Positions 48,706-60,865 of a DNA stretch of 64,000 nt are shown in pieces. This DNA is from Amphiscolops sp. MND2022. Lineage: Eukaryota. The notes below the pieces were generated by a model. The model was given only the letters and a program-made list of their open reading frames with translations, was not told the origin of the DNA and did not search any database. Numbering within the stretch: the first letter of the stretch is position 1; each line of letters starts with the position of its first letter. Position numbers and translations under genes: made by a program. The stretch lies in contig OZ076409.1 in the NCBI GenBank assembly GCA_964187785.1, positions 60,638,001 through 60,702,000 of the forward strand, given 5' to 3'.

Positions 48706-50569
48706 TTTGCTGTAGAAAAGTTTTATCTTGAAGAATTGAATTTCTTTCAGAGATGTTTTCAAACAGAGTTAGAAAATTAGAGTTTGGCGAAATTGAGAAT
48801 TCAACTGAATCACACAATTACAAAAGACTGAGTCCCTCAGTCAACTAAAATTATCCTATATATACCCTCCTAGCATCATTTGATCACGAGCTGAAATCCT
48901 AATTTCCTTCGAACAATTAGTCATTTCCTGTATTTTCGGTGAAAAAATCATTTGTTTCCAATTTTACGTCAACATTTCGTCAATTTTTGAGACACGATGA
49001 TCTACATCTTGTATTAGTCATCAAGCATAATCATATCATTTCATCCCGGCGTCCTTTTTATTTCCTCCCAAGCAGGAAGTAGATATTACTTCAGTCTGTC
49101 AAACCGGAAATGATTCCCCGTTTTACTGCTTTGGTTTAACTTGAGGAAAATGCTATGACTAATGTTTTCAGCCTTAGAATTTCTAATGATGCTAGGAAAA
49201 GTGGAAACGAAAATTATAGGATTAGCAACAATTTCTAAATTGGGCTCAATTTAGATGGTTATCAACTAATTAGAACAAGTCAACGAAGCATTGACGTTTA
49301 CATTAGAGTACTAAATTAATTTAACTGCAACACTTGGCTATTACAAAATTGTCTAAAAGGTTATGGAAATATGACGTGATAATCATGAAATTCAGAGCGT
49401 ACAAATCCTCACAATTAAACCTTCATAAAATCACGAGATTATGGGTAAACGTCCTGACGTCGCCAATTTAGATCAACGGAGTAACACATCTAGTCACAAT
49501 AATAGTTAAAATGCTAAGGTATTCAAACGTGGTTATCGCATACAATTGAGGCAACAATGAACACAGATATATTGAGAAGATACAAATGTAGACAAAACAT
49601 TAGGAAAAATATGATTATGTTATTAAAATATAGCTCTCTCCTGTTCATATTTCACTGCTGCACAGACACGTCCGACTGACGTCAAGTTGTTCAAATAGCC
49701 CGTAGACAAACCGACGATGCCTGGACGCAATTTATCAGGATTTGTTCTTATCTTTGTTGAACTTGTTAGAGTCCTTAAACGTTTCCTTTCCGTCAAATCC
49801 GTAATACCGATATTCATTTCACTATCTTGAATGGACTAAAAAAATCTTGATGGATTTTTGACGTAACGCGGACGTACGTATTAGCATTGGCCTTAATCTG
49901 CTGGTATTGGACGTAGCTTTGACGTAATTTTGGAGTGAAATCTAACTAGCTGTTATGGCTGTGACGTCACGCCAACGTCTGATTTGGAATACTTTCTGCC
50001 TCGTTAACTAGTTAGCGGCGGAGTACTGACGTCACTATTATAGTAATATTTGCATGTACCTTTTAATATTTGTTTGCTTAGCGACGCGGTACCGTCCTAT
50101 TCTGCATTAATTGCTGTTCAAAGCGCAATTAAGTTGCCTTTCTTAGAAAAGGCTTAAATGTTTCGGCGTGTCATCTCAATGTATTTTCTATTTTAGATCT
50201 GTTTGTTGTACGTTCCCGATTAACAATTTTGAATGTGTTTTCGTTTAGATCAGTCTATGGTCTTTATTCCAAGACGTATTCCTAATTAAGTTTTCAGGTT
50301 GCGAATGTTTCTACTTTGACGTGATAAAAGCGTCCTGCCGGAAATGTATGAAATCATTTTGATTCATTTTAGTTTCTGTTTTCATTTTCGTTTAAACTTT
50401 TCGTAAGTTGGGCGTTCGTTTCCGTATTTTTAGTCACAGTTTATTTCAAAGATAAGGTTTTGGAGTTACCAGTTAAAATAAGATTTGGGGAATCTCAGAT
50501 TGCCTCCATGTCCTCTCCCGATCTTCAGTCGTCGGCAACCACAAGCCAGACCGGGAGCGGGCTGTGACA
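48309..50569 (-). repeat. 5' LTR (2261 bp) of the Gypsy element
   Basis: Direct repeat of 34371-36822; followed on the minus strand by the PBS. Confidence 0.95.
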
Positions 50570-53500
50570 ACCGCAGCACCGAGCAGCCCCGCATTCAGAC
50601 GTTGCTCACTCAGCTAGCTGGATTGAAGATGGCACAAGGGAAGAAGATGACGGACTATCTCACCAGGCATGAGTAAACACGACTGGATCTTCAAGAAGCA
50701 GGCGAGATGACTTCCAATGCGATGATCATTGCAATGGTGTTGAAGGGCCTACATACAATGTTCGAGAGCATCGCCACGGTTCTCAACTTCGGACCACAAA
50801 AGGGCTACAAGTGATGAAGCAGGGTATCATCATCTTTGTCAACACGAGGTTGGAGCCTGGCACCATTGACGTTGCTTCAACTGCCTTTATCTCAAGCGGG
50901 GCCAAAACAAACAGCAGGAAGATCACGTGCTTCAAGTGCCAAAAATAGGCGCCCATAACGAGGAACTGCAGGTTAAAGGAAATCAAGGCGTGCTTCCAGT
51001 GCAAGACGAAGGACCAACTTAACATGGATTGTAAAAGCAAGAAGGGGCAGTCCAGTGGCACCAGCTGGGGTCCAGAAACGTAAGGCTTCTTCAGCTTCGG
51101 AAGCTTTGACGGATTCAGAGAAGGGAAGTCTCGAGCTATTGGTGGACTCGGGTTGCAACTTGTTCATGCTGAAAGACAGGGCTCTCTTCAAGACCCTCGG
51201 AGAGGCATTCAACACCGATGTGGGCAATGCCAACGGAAGTCGAGCACGAGTGGAAGGTAGATGCATAGCAAGCTGAAGGGTGCTGGACAGCAAGTGCAGG
51301 TTGTGTGAGCTCGAGCTGAAGCAGGACTCATGGGTACCCACCTACACCCGCAACCAGATTTCATTGAATAAGCTAGCGAAGCAGAGTGCAACGGTCAGCT
51401 TCGTGATGGAAGGCAACATCAGGACAAAAGACGGGACACTTCTTCCTTTGGTTTGTACCTGTGATGACCTATACACCCTTCGTGTTCTTCTTTTTGTGTA
51501 AAACCTTGGACAATCAGCGCCCCCAGTGGAACGTCTCCAAGGCATCGCACACGGAAATGGAAGGCGCAAGGGATGGTCGCGCTGGTTGCGCAGCCATACA
51601 GCCCAAATCAGGACCCTGGTGCAGTGCCACAGAGCACTGGGACACAACAACTTCAAGGATGTGGCACGGATAACAAAGCTAGTCGATGGCACGCACAACC
51701 TGAAGGACGGAGCAGCAGGGCATTGTGACACATGCGCGGAAAATTAGGGCAAGCATGCAGCAGTAATGCATGCACAGTAATGGCGTGGTCCATGCTCGAG
51801 ACAGCAGCTCTGCCAAACCAACTCTGGCCTTATGCCTTGGCTGCATCTTTTTATGTAAAAAACAGATAATTCCACTCTGCGCAAAACAGACGTTGTATGA
51901 AATGCTCTTTGGCGAGAGGCCAAACCTGAGTGAGATGCAACCTTTTGGATGTCGAGCGTTTGTACTTACCGAGGACAGAAAGATACTGGACAGCAAGGCC
52001 CACACGGGAATCATTCTGGGCTACTCAAGCAGTAGCAATTGTTTCATCAAGTGCACTGAACGTGGATTTCCCGAGAGAAAGCTGAGTAAGATTTGGACAT
52101 CGAGGAATGTGACGTCCAACATGGACTGCTTCCCAGGAGCCGTTACATCTGTCGACACAGACATGGCTCACGGTAGATGCGAGGAGGCGACACTCCATTA
52201 TGACACTGGTCTACGTGATGTGAAGGGTTCACTACAAGTTGAGCAAGCAAAAGTAGACGTCGAAACAATTCCAAACATTGGACACTTGGATGACGAGGAC
52301 GACAATACACAGCCGCAGAGGAACGAACCAGGGAGACGGCGGAGGAATGTCATACAGCCTCGACGACTCGATGAAATCTTGATGGCGAACGAACTGGAGA
52401 ACAAGGCACTACACAGCGAAGCATTCGTGGCATCGGCGCTCCCACGGTCCGCAGCCGACGCCTTAGCTGACCCTAACTGGAAAGCAGCGATGCAGCGAGA
52501 GTAATATTCTTTCATTGCGAACGATTTGTGGTCTCTGGTTCCACAGCCAACGCAGCGACAGCCAATCACTGGGAGCTGGCACTTTTGTTGTGCGGGGCTT
52601 TGCGCAGACACCTGGCTTAGACTATCACGAGACGTACTCACCAACCAACGGTCAGACTATCAACATTGAGGGAGTGCTTGCGTGCGGCGTGAAACAGGGC
52701 ATAAAAATCCATCAAATGGACATAAGGACATAAAGACAGCATACCTCAAAGCACCCAGAGACGAAGAGAATTTTCTGGAGCAGCTAGATGGGTTCAAGCA
52801 GGGCGACGGCGACATGGTCTCTGAACTGAAGAGATCGCTGTACAGACTGAAACACTCAGGGCGCAACTGGTACGAGTGCATAGCGCATCCAATGGAGCAG
52901 CTAGGGTTTCACTCTTCGCAGCACGACAAGTGTCTTTGAACACAAAAGAGGGGCGGTCGAGTGCAGCAAGTACAGAATTCACTTGAAGTTTGTCTCAGCA
53001 GCTGTCAATAACGCACTTATTCACAAACGATTGGGCAGGCTCCAGACGATACAGCATACGAAAGGACCTTCAGCCAAGCGGGGGTGTCAGGTTTAGACCG
53101 ACAGCCGTTGAAAAGATTAAGGTCGAAATGGATAGCAGACATGAAAGGCACCTGCGAGACAGTGAACTGAATTGTACCTTGTCTGGCACCTGCTCTGACC
53201 TGTAAACATTAGTTTATATATCGCTTGCACTTTCGTTTGTGTCATCCCAACAAAAAATTCAATTATTGATCACTGTATCACTTTTGAGACTCCGGAAAAC
53301 CGCCGACTAAGAAACAAGTGATTGTAATGGTCGGGCTCTTTTCTTAAAGAAAAGCGCCGACTTAAAAACAGCTAGAAAGAATGGACTTCCTCAAACTAAT
53401 TCAAATATGGCATTACAAAAGTAAAATTCTATCAGTTGGCAGATATTTTTGTTCATTATCAGATGAACAGAGTCGAAGCCGTGCTTCTCAAAAACTTTCG

Positions 53501-54317
53501 ATAAAAGTCGAATCGAATAAGAATTATCATACGGAGAACTAAGGTTGAAATGACATTTTTGTTAAAATTTTATGAATTTTACAGCGCCAACAAATACCTT
53601 AAAGGATACGCATGAATCTCGAAAACCATTCTTCCCAAACTAGAAACAGCAAAAAACCACCTTCTTTCCCAGACGAAGATTTTTTTGAAAACGAACGAAG
53701 AATTGACGAAAATACTTTTCTCGAACATTTTCGAGAAAACTTTTTGATGGAGGTCTCCGATAAGTCGCAGAGTGCCGGAAACCTTGAGCAGTCCTTTATG
53801 TTCGCAAAACTATTTGTTTCTAGTAAAAATTGAGGAGAGGCTTCGATGGAAAAAAACTCAAACAGTCACCTAGAAAACACACCGGTCTTCAAGAAAACAA
53901 AAGTCGAATATAGAGTGCTGGGCCTGAAAAAAACTAACTTTAGGACAAAAATTTTTCACTTTGAAAAATCTCACAATGCCGAAAATTAAAAGAGGACACT
54001 TCGACCATTTTCAGCATCCATATTGTTAAAGAACTTCAAGAAAACTGAAGGAAACACTTGGAGATTTTGAAAAAATTCAAAAAAAAACAGAAAATTAGAA
54101 ATCTTGACGGTTCCATAGTGCCAAAAAATCTGAAAAACGGGACTTTTTGGGGTTTTTCAACATCGTTTGGTTGCAGAAAATAACCAAAAAATGAAGGGAA
54201 GACTTTGAGGACATTAAAAATCTTTCGAAAAAAAATACTCATTAAGCCGAAAAGGGGGAAGTCTCACATTGCTGAAAAAGTGAAAACATTCTGCATCGGA
54301 TTACTTGAAAAAAATTA

Positions 54318-54388
54318 GCGCATACGCATGGGTTCTAACGAAAACTCTGGGTTGCGATGCAAGCGTCTTACCACTAGACCACAAACGC
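54318..54388 (-). other. tRNA-like segment in a HINE-like repeat (copy of 19626-19696)
   Basis: A-box TGGTCTAGTGG with a degenerate B-box; adjacent decayed ACACTTGC palindrome near 54453. Confidence 0.5.
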
Positions 54389-54706
54389 CTGAACTATGTG
54401 ACTTGTTGCCAGCGAGCTGTCGTGCGGAAAAAACGCAACCTCACTTCCCCATAACACTTGCTTACCAAAAGTGTAATCTTGGATCTTCGTCATCAATCAA
54501 GAGCCATGTGTGTCATCATGTTTGGGGGAAAAGACACACACACGTGGTCTGCAACGAAAGGAGAGAACCCATACCTGCCACTATCCCCGTAGACCAGTAT
54601 CACCAAAAACAACCAACAAACTGCTCATACCAGCCACTACCCCAGTCGACTGGTAAAAACACGTTTCAAAAAAGCTGCAATGATATACAGAATTTATAAA
54701 TGTCAA

Positions 54707-55400
54707 CTATTTGTAAGCATTTTCTTCGACCGCATCTCTGTCGCTCACAGTTCCTAGAACACAGGCCGCATTGTCGATCTGAAATGCCATTGAGATCCGT
54801 TGATCGTGGTGCGAGCGACAGAACATTTCACAGAGGAGACGCAATATGAAAATTCTGCTGCAGTCGCCCAAAAAAACTCCATGGACAACGGTTGAAAATT
54901 TTATCCACTGCCTATTGATTTGGGACAATTCCCATTTTATTGCGCATCAGTCTCGGTGAGGTGGTTCCAGGGTTGCTTAAGGAGCCTTGATTCAGGCGAC
55001 TGAGTGCAAGGGCTTCCACAACCGTCCCATCCCACACCAGCTGTTCACCCATTTCTCAAAGAATCATTGTTACACTCTCTGGGTGTTTGCCATCTGTTCG
55101 GTACAGTCAAAGCCGATCGAGCATTGAAGGCAAGTCGAGATCCGAACGTCTGCTTCCATGGAACAATTGAGAGTAGCAAGACCTGAGAAGCAACCAGCAC
55201 TCTTGGCGCAAGAGAGACCGTGTAAAATGTCCCTTTTTCAACGCCTTTGACCACAGTGGCACGAATGCGCAACACAGATGTTGGCTCCGAGACGAAAACC
55301 ATTTTAAATCTGAAGCTGCTGATGATCACGTTTCGGGCCAAGGTTCTTGCAAGGAACGACCTTCACCCAGTGAGACCCAAATTTACCTTGGTGAGCGTCA
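54707..55400 (-). mobile_element. CRE-clade non-LTR retrotransposon 3' remnant (Cys/His motif plus restriction-like endonuclease)
   Basis: Pieced translation RLGANICVAHSCHCG...HGLSCAKSAG...DGKHP...LVWDGTVV...QRISMAFQIDNAACVLGT. Confidence 0.7.
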
Positions 55401-55999
55401 AAAATTTTCCAACGTTTGTCACACTTTATAACAATCGAATCTTGGGCGGTTCTGACAGGTTGGTCCAACTTGCCTGGGTTCCATCGAGAAGTTTCTCTTT
55501 TTATTTCTTCAAACTTAACCGTTTCGCAAGCGTTTTTGTTAACGAAATATCTTCGAAGGTTTTGAGAAATAGTTGTGAGAAAATCACACGCAAAAGCTCA
55601 GGCTGTTTGACTATGTCACAAATAGATACATTTTGAGCAACAATTGTTTCAGATGGAAGTCCAAATGCTCGAACTTATCGTAAAGTTCGTTAAACTGGCT
55701 AAAAAAGCAAAAATGCTATGTATTACCAAAAGATTGATAATTTACCTGCCTGCAGTTACATCTTGGTTCTGATATATTTGATCTTTGATTGATTATATTT
55801 GTGAAGATTTGCCTACGTTATTTCTCCAGCAAAAAACTGATTCTTATCGTATTATGTTCCAAAATTTTCGAGCTTTCTCTTGACGGTGCTTTCTCGCTTG
55901 TTGCCGAATCTGAGCATCAAATACTTAGCCAAAAAAACTACTTTTTTCATAATCATTTACGCCTCAGTCTTTGAAATCACCGGAACCTTTTTTTTCAGA

Positions 56000-57810
56000 A
56001 GAACATTTTTTATCTACCGGAAAAGACAGGCTGTTCCGCCGTAAGGATAAAGATTCCGAGTTACACCAGGATCGTCGCGGACAAAGTGGTCTTCCGACCC
56101 GGACAACACCAACAGAAAACCGTCAATACAAAAAGTTTAGTACAATTTACAGTTTGGGTAAGAAAAAATTGACAAAAATTGAAATGCAAAAGTGCGACTC
56201 CTCCGAAAAACAAATTGAAGCTTGGAGTTAGATTGGAGCTACGTCTCTGCGGAGGGCCGTTCATGAAGCACATACTACATTACAAAAAATATATACAAAG
56301 CAAAGTTTCCGCAGTACCAGGTCTCAGTTTGCATCCTTCCACCGCCAAAAACCCTAAAAAACAGCTGCAACATCTCAAAACAAGTCACAAAAACCAACGT
56401 GACATCGTGATCTGGCACTGTTACCTCCTAAATATTTCTCTTTCTCCGCATAAAAGCAACGGAAATCAAAGATTAACACCTGTTATTCAACTGGAATTTC
56501 TTGAACCTTTCCGGAAACAAGTATCAACGCTTGTGTACGCATTGGAACTCCTTTCATTCAACAGTATTTGATTACTGGAATTTTTGACATTAATTCAAGA
56601 CCACACCTTTTTCCAACCGTCTAAATAAGAGTAAGAAAATTTCCAAGGAGTTCTTGCATTTACAATTGGAGAATTTACTACACATACTTCAAATTATCCC
56701 ACGACACGAAAGAAACAAGGGTGAATTGCTCAAGCGTTCTTGATCGAATATGAGAAAAATTTTGTCGCAAAGGCGGAGAAAGAAACAGAGGAAAAAACTT
56801 TAGAAGTTTTTTAGATAGGAAAAAAGCATATAATTTTTTTTCTGTTTCGTCTTTGGTGTTATCTCTCCCAATTGTTACTGACTACAGAAAACGTTTCAAT
56901 TTTTCTGAACATGTTTCCAAAATCGAATTGTTTCTCGCACTGATCTTGAAAGGGTCTTCATGAGTGTCGTTCACTCGATTGTTGCTATTTAAATTCTACT
57001 CAGCTCTTCAAAACTACAGTAGAGAAACGTTTCCAATTTTTATTTCAATCCTAAGTTTCTAAAATGACGGATGAATCCGAATAAACTTTTGAGGAAGCAA
57101 CCCAAGAAACCAATCTCAGGATAGATGTACAGAAACTAGTAAGAAGAGGAACTGCGCGAGAGGGTGCTTTTACAAAATGAGAACCAAAGAATATTCTCAC
57201 ATTCAGACGGCCTATGCTCAGTCACAGGAACAACTTTTTGAGGCTGAAGGCTTGCTCTCAACCTGGAAAAGTAAATCCCAAATAGTGCCTAGCAGTTGAA
57301 GACATTAACCATGCCCGTATTCATCTCGAAATCATTATCCACTGCAGAGCCAGTCCAAATGAGAAAACTATTGAAGAAATGCCACGAAATTTCATATATC
57401 GAAAACATTGCTAAAAACGAACTACTTATTCAAATTTTGAAGTTTTTCCATGGACCCAATGAAATTAAAATTTACTGATTACAAACCACCAACTTCTTTG
57501 CGCTGATTATTGTCCAAAGTCGAATATCTGCACAACAACGTCATAAGCTGGACCTCTACCTTCTTCAAACGCAACTTGTCCTATTATTTGTAATCGAAAC
57601 CTTGCTTTACAACGATATCAAAGACGATGAGTTGTTTCCACATTCGAATTATGGACTAATTGATAAAAATGATAGAAAATCTGGTGAACATGGTGGTATA
57701 TTAGTTGCCATTGATACTCCTGCCTAAAAGTCATCCACAAAGTTCACTACGGTAAATTCAGCTGTGCTTTTCTACTTCAACATGGATACAGAGACGCCGC
57801 TTCTATTCTG
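56000..57810 (+). mobile_element. L2/CR1-like LINE 5' remnant (ORF1 pieces and start of the APE domain); second copy about 59080-60865
   Basis: APE N-terminus IVQSL...FVSE..L.NDIKDDELF..Y.LIGRNDRKSGEH(G/S)GI; ORF1-tail-like PVFISKSLS. Cut off where an LTR begins. Confidence 0.65.
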
Positions 57811-58842
57811 TGTCCCAGGCGGCCGCCTGTCATGGGAATGTCTACGCGATCACTCAGAACGCAGTGTTAACGAACACCGCACCCTCAAGCCTACCACTCC
57901 TTTAGAAGCAAAGAAGGACCCGACAAACTAAAACTATGAAAAATTGTTAAGTCATGGATTGCATTTATAATGCCATACACTGTCTCCCCGAGACTGTAAA
58001 GTACATGTAATGTTGATTAGAATAGCTTATTATTGGTGTCGATCAAGATGTCTTTAAGATATTAAGAGACAAAACTAACACACTTCATGTGCAGTACACA
58101 AAATTTAGTGTCATTTACCATGCTTGCATGAAACTGTTCTTCAGGAGCGCTATTAAAGTAAACGTAGCGTTACTGTCTACAGACAACCTTGGATCACCTT
58201 TGAAGGCGGCAATGACGTCACTAACCGTAATGCCGCCCTCACTTTGATGATGCTAAAAATTGAAATTACTCACATGTTTGTTACGCATCTTGTGCTATTT
58301 TTAGAGAATTAGAACCCTAAAAATGAAAGTCATGCAATGTAATATATTAGTACCCGTACCCCGAGAGGGGACACAATTGTTACTCTGATTTATGGTTGAA
58401 ACGTTGTAAACGAAAATCCTTGAGATTATACTTTCATTACGCTTTGCAATATCTGAATTGAGAAGTTCAACTTGCTAAGTTACTAAATTTTCTCAACATG
58501 CCCTCAACGAGAAGCAAGAAAGCTAAGGCTAGAATGTCGCGGGAAGCAGACATAATGTCAGACATTGAGAACATGGACGTTATGCTGGGTACTGGTGAGT
58601 ATAATCAGATAGAGAGGGATATTGACCAGATGACTGGTTTTTCTAATATGTTAAATAGGTACGAGATTGAGGAAGGGCACTCCTTAAGAGGTAATTCCTC
58701 ACAGGACAATGAAATCAGGAATATGCCTGAAAACAGGAATGATCATGTTTTCTCTGGGGACCTAGACATGTTAAAGGGTGAAATAAACTTGAGGATCTCT
58801 CAAGAGATTGGGAGTTTGATAAATGGAATGAATTCCCAGGTA
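57811..58842 (+). mobile_element. Truncated Gypsy LTR with gag N-terminus (duplication unit 1)
   Basis: Starts TGTCCCAGG where the LINE breaks; ORF 58498 MPSTRSKKAKAR. Confidence 0.6.
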
Positions 58843-60865
58843 TCTGATATATTTGATCTTTGATTGATTGTATTTAAGAAGAACTGCCTACATTATTCCT
58901 CCAGCAAAAAACTGATACTTATCGTATAATGTTCCAAAAGTTTAGAGCTTTCTCTTGACGGTGCCTGCTCGCTTGTGCCGAATCTGAGCATCAATTACTT
59001 AGCCAAAAAAGCTACTTTCTTCATTATCAATAACGCCTCATTCTTTGGAATCACCGGAAACTTCTTTTTTCAGAAGAACTTTTTTATCTACCGGAAAAGA
59101 CAGGCTGGTCAGCCGTAAGGATAAAGACTCCGAGTTACACCAGGATCGTCGCGGACAAAGTGGTGCTCCGACCCGGACAACACCAACAGTAAACTGTCAA
59201 TACAAAAAGTTTAGTACCCTTTTACAGTTTGGGTAAGGAAAAATTGACAAAAACTGAAATGCAAAAGTGCGAATCTTTCGAAAAACAAATTGAAGCTTGG
59301 AGGTAGATCGGAGCTAGGTCTCTGCGGAGGGCCGTTCATGAAGCACATACTACTTTACAAAAAATTTATACAAGGCAAAGTTTTCGCAGTGCCAGGTCTC
59401 AGTTTGCATCCTACCGCCGAAAACCCTAAAAAACAACTGCAATATCTCAAAACAAGTCACAATAACCAACGTGACATCGTGATCTGGCACTATTACCTCC
59501 TAAATATTTCCCTTTCTCCGCATCAAAGCAACGGAAATCAAAGATTACCACCTGATGTTCTACTGGAATTTCTTGAACCTTTCCGGAAACAAGTATCAAC
59601 GCTTGTGTACGCATTGGAACTTCTTTCATTCAAAAGTAATTAACTACTGAATTTTTTTACAATTCTTTCTAGAAAACACCTTTTTTCCAACCGCGAGAAA
59701 AAGAGTTTTTGCATTTACACTTGAAGAACTTACTACACATACTTCAAATTATCCCACGACACGAAAGAAACAGGGGTGAATTGCTCAAGCGTTCCCGATC
59801 GAATATGAGAAAAATTTTGTCGCAAAGGCGGAGAAAGAAACAGAGGAAGAAACTTTAGAAGTTTTTTTAAATAGGGAAAAAGCATATAATTTTTTTTCTG
59901 TTTATTCTTAGGTATTATCTCTCCCAATTGTTACTGAGTATAGAAAACGTTTCAATTTTTCTGGAAATGTTTCCAAAATTTACATTGTTTCTCGCACTGA
60001 GTTTGAAAGGGTCTTCGTGAGTGTCAATCACTCGATTGTTGCTATTTTAATTCTACTCAGCTCTTCAAAACTACAGTAGAGAATCGTTTCCAAATTTCAT
60101 TTCAATCCTAAGTTTCTAAAATGACGGATGAATCCAAATAAACGTTTGAGGAAGCATTCCGAGAAACCAATCTAAGCAAGCATGTACGGAAACAAGTAAG
60201 AAGAAGAACTGCACAAGAGGGTGCTTTTACAAAATGAGAACCAAAGATTGTTCTCAATTTAAGCCGGCCTATGCTCAGTCAAGAACAACTTTTTGAGGCT
60301 GAAGGCTAGCTTTCAACCTGGAAAAGTAAATCCCAAGTAGTGCCTACCAGTTGAAGACATTTACCATGCCCGTATTCATCTCGAAATCATTATCCACTGC
60401 AGAACAAGTTCAAATGAGAAAACTATTGAAGAAGTGCCACGAAATTTCGTATAATGAAAACATTGCTAAAAACGAACTACGCATTCAACTTTTGAAGCTT
60501 TTCCATGGACCCAAGGAAAAGAAAATTGACTGATTACAAACCACCAACCTCTTGGAGCTGACTATTGTCCAAAGTCTAATATCTGCACAACAACGTCATA
60601 AACTGGACCACTACCTTCATCAAACTCAACTTGTCCTAATATTTGTATCCGAAAACTTGCTTTACAACGATATCAAAGACGATGAGTTGTTTAAACATTC
60701 GAATTATAGACTAATTGGTAGAAATGATAGAAAATCTGGTGAACATAGTGGTATATTTGTTGCCATTGATACTCCTGCTTAAAAGTCATCCACAATGTTC
60801 ACTACGGTATATTCAGCTGTGCTTTTCTACTTCAACATGGATATAGAGACACCGCTTTTATTTTG

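Larger units (their letters stand above)
34371..50569 (-). mobile_element. Full-length 16.2-kb Gypsy/Ty3 LTR retrotransposon with extra genes
   Basis: Two long direct repeats with TG...CA ends; 5-bp TSD ACCGC at 34366-34370 and 50570-50574; PBS; gag followed by PR-RT-RH-IN. Confidence 0.95.
33729..53289 (+). mobile_element. Decayed Copia/Ty1 LTR retrotransposon, split by the Gypsy insertion
   Basis: LTRs of about 33729-33946 and 53085-53289 both start TGTCAGGTT. Copia-type PBS GGTTACGGGCCCAG at 33947; PPT AAGCGGGGG before 53085. Gag WCELVQCLD...GKHR|STEQPRIQTLL is continuous across the insertion. Protease LLVDSGC, HRALGH...CDTC, integrase tail PFGCRAFV and RT fragments occur in Copia order. 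Confidence 0.85.
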
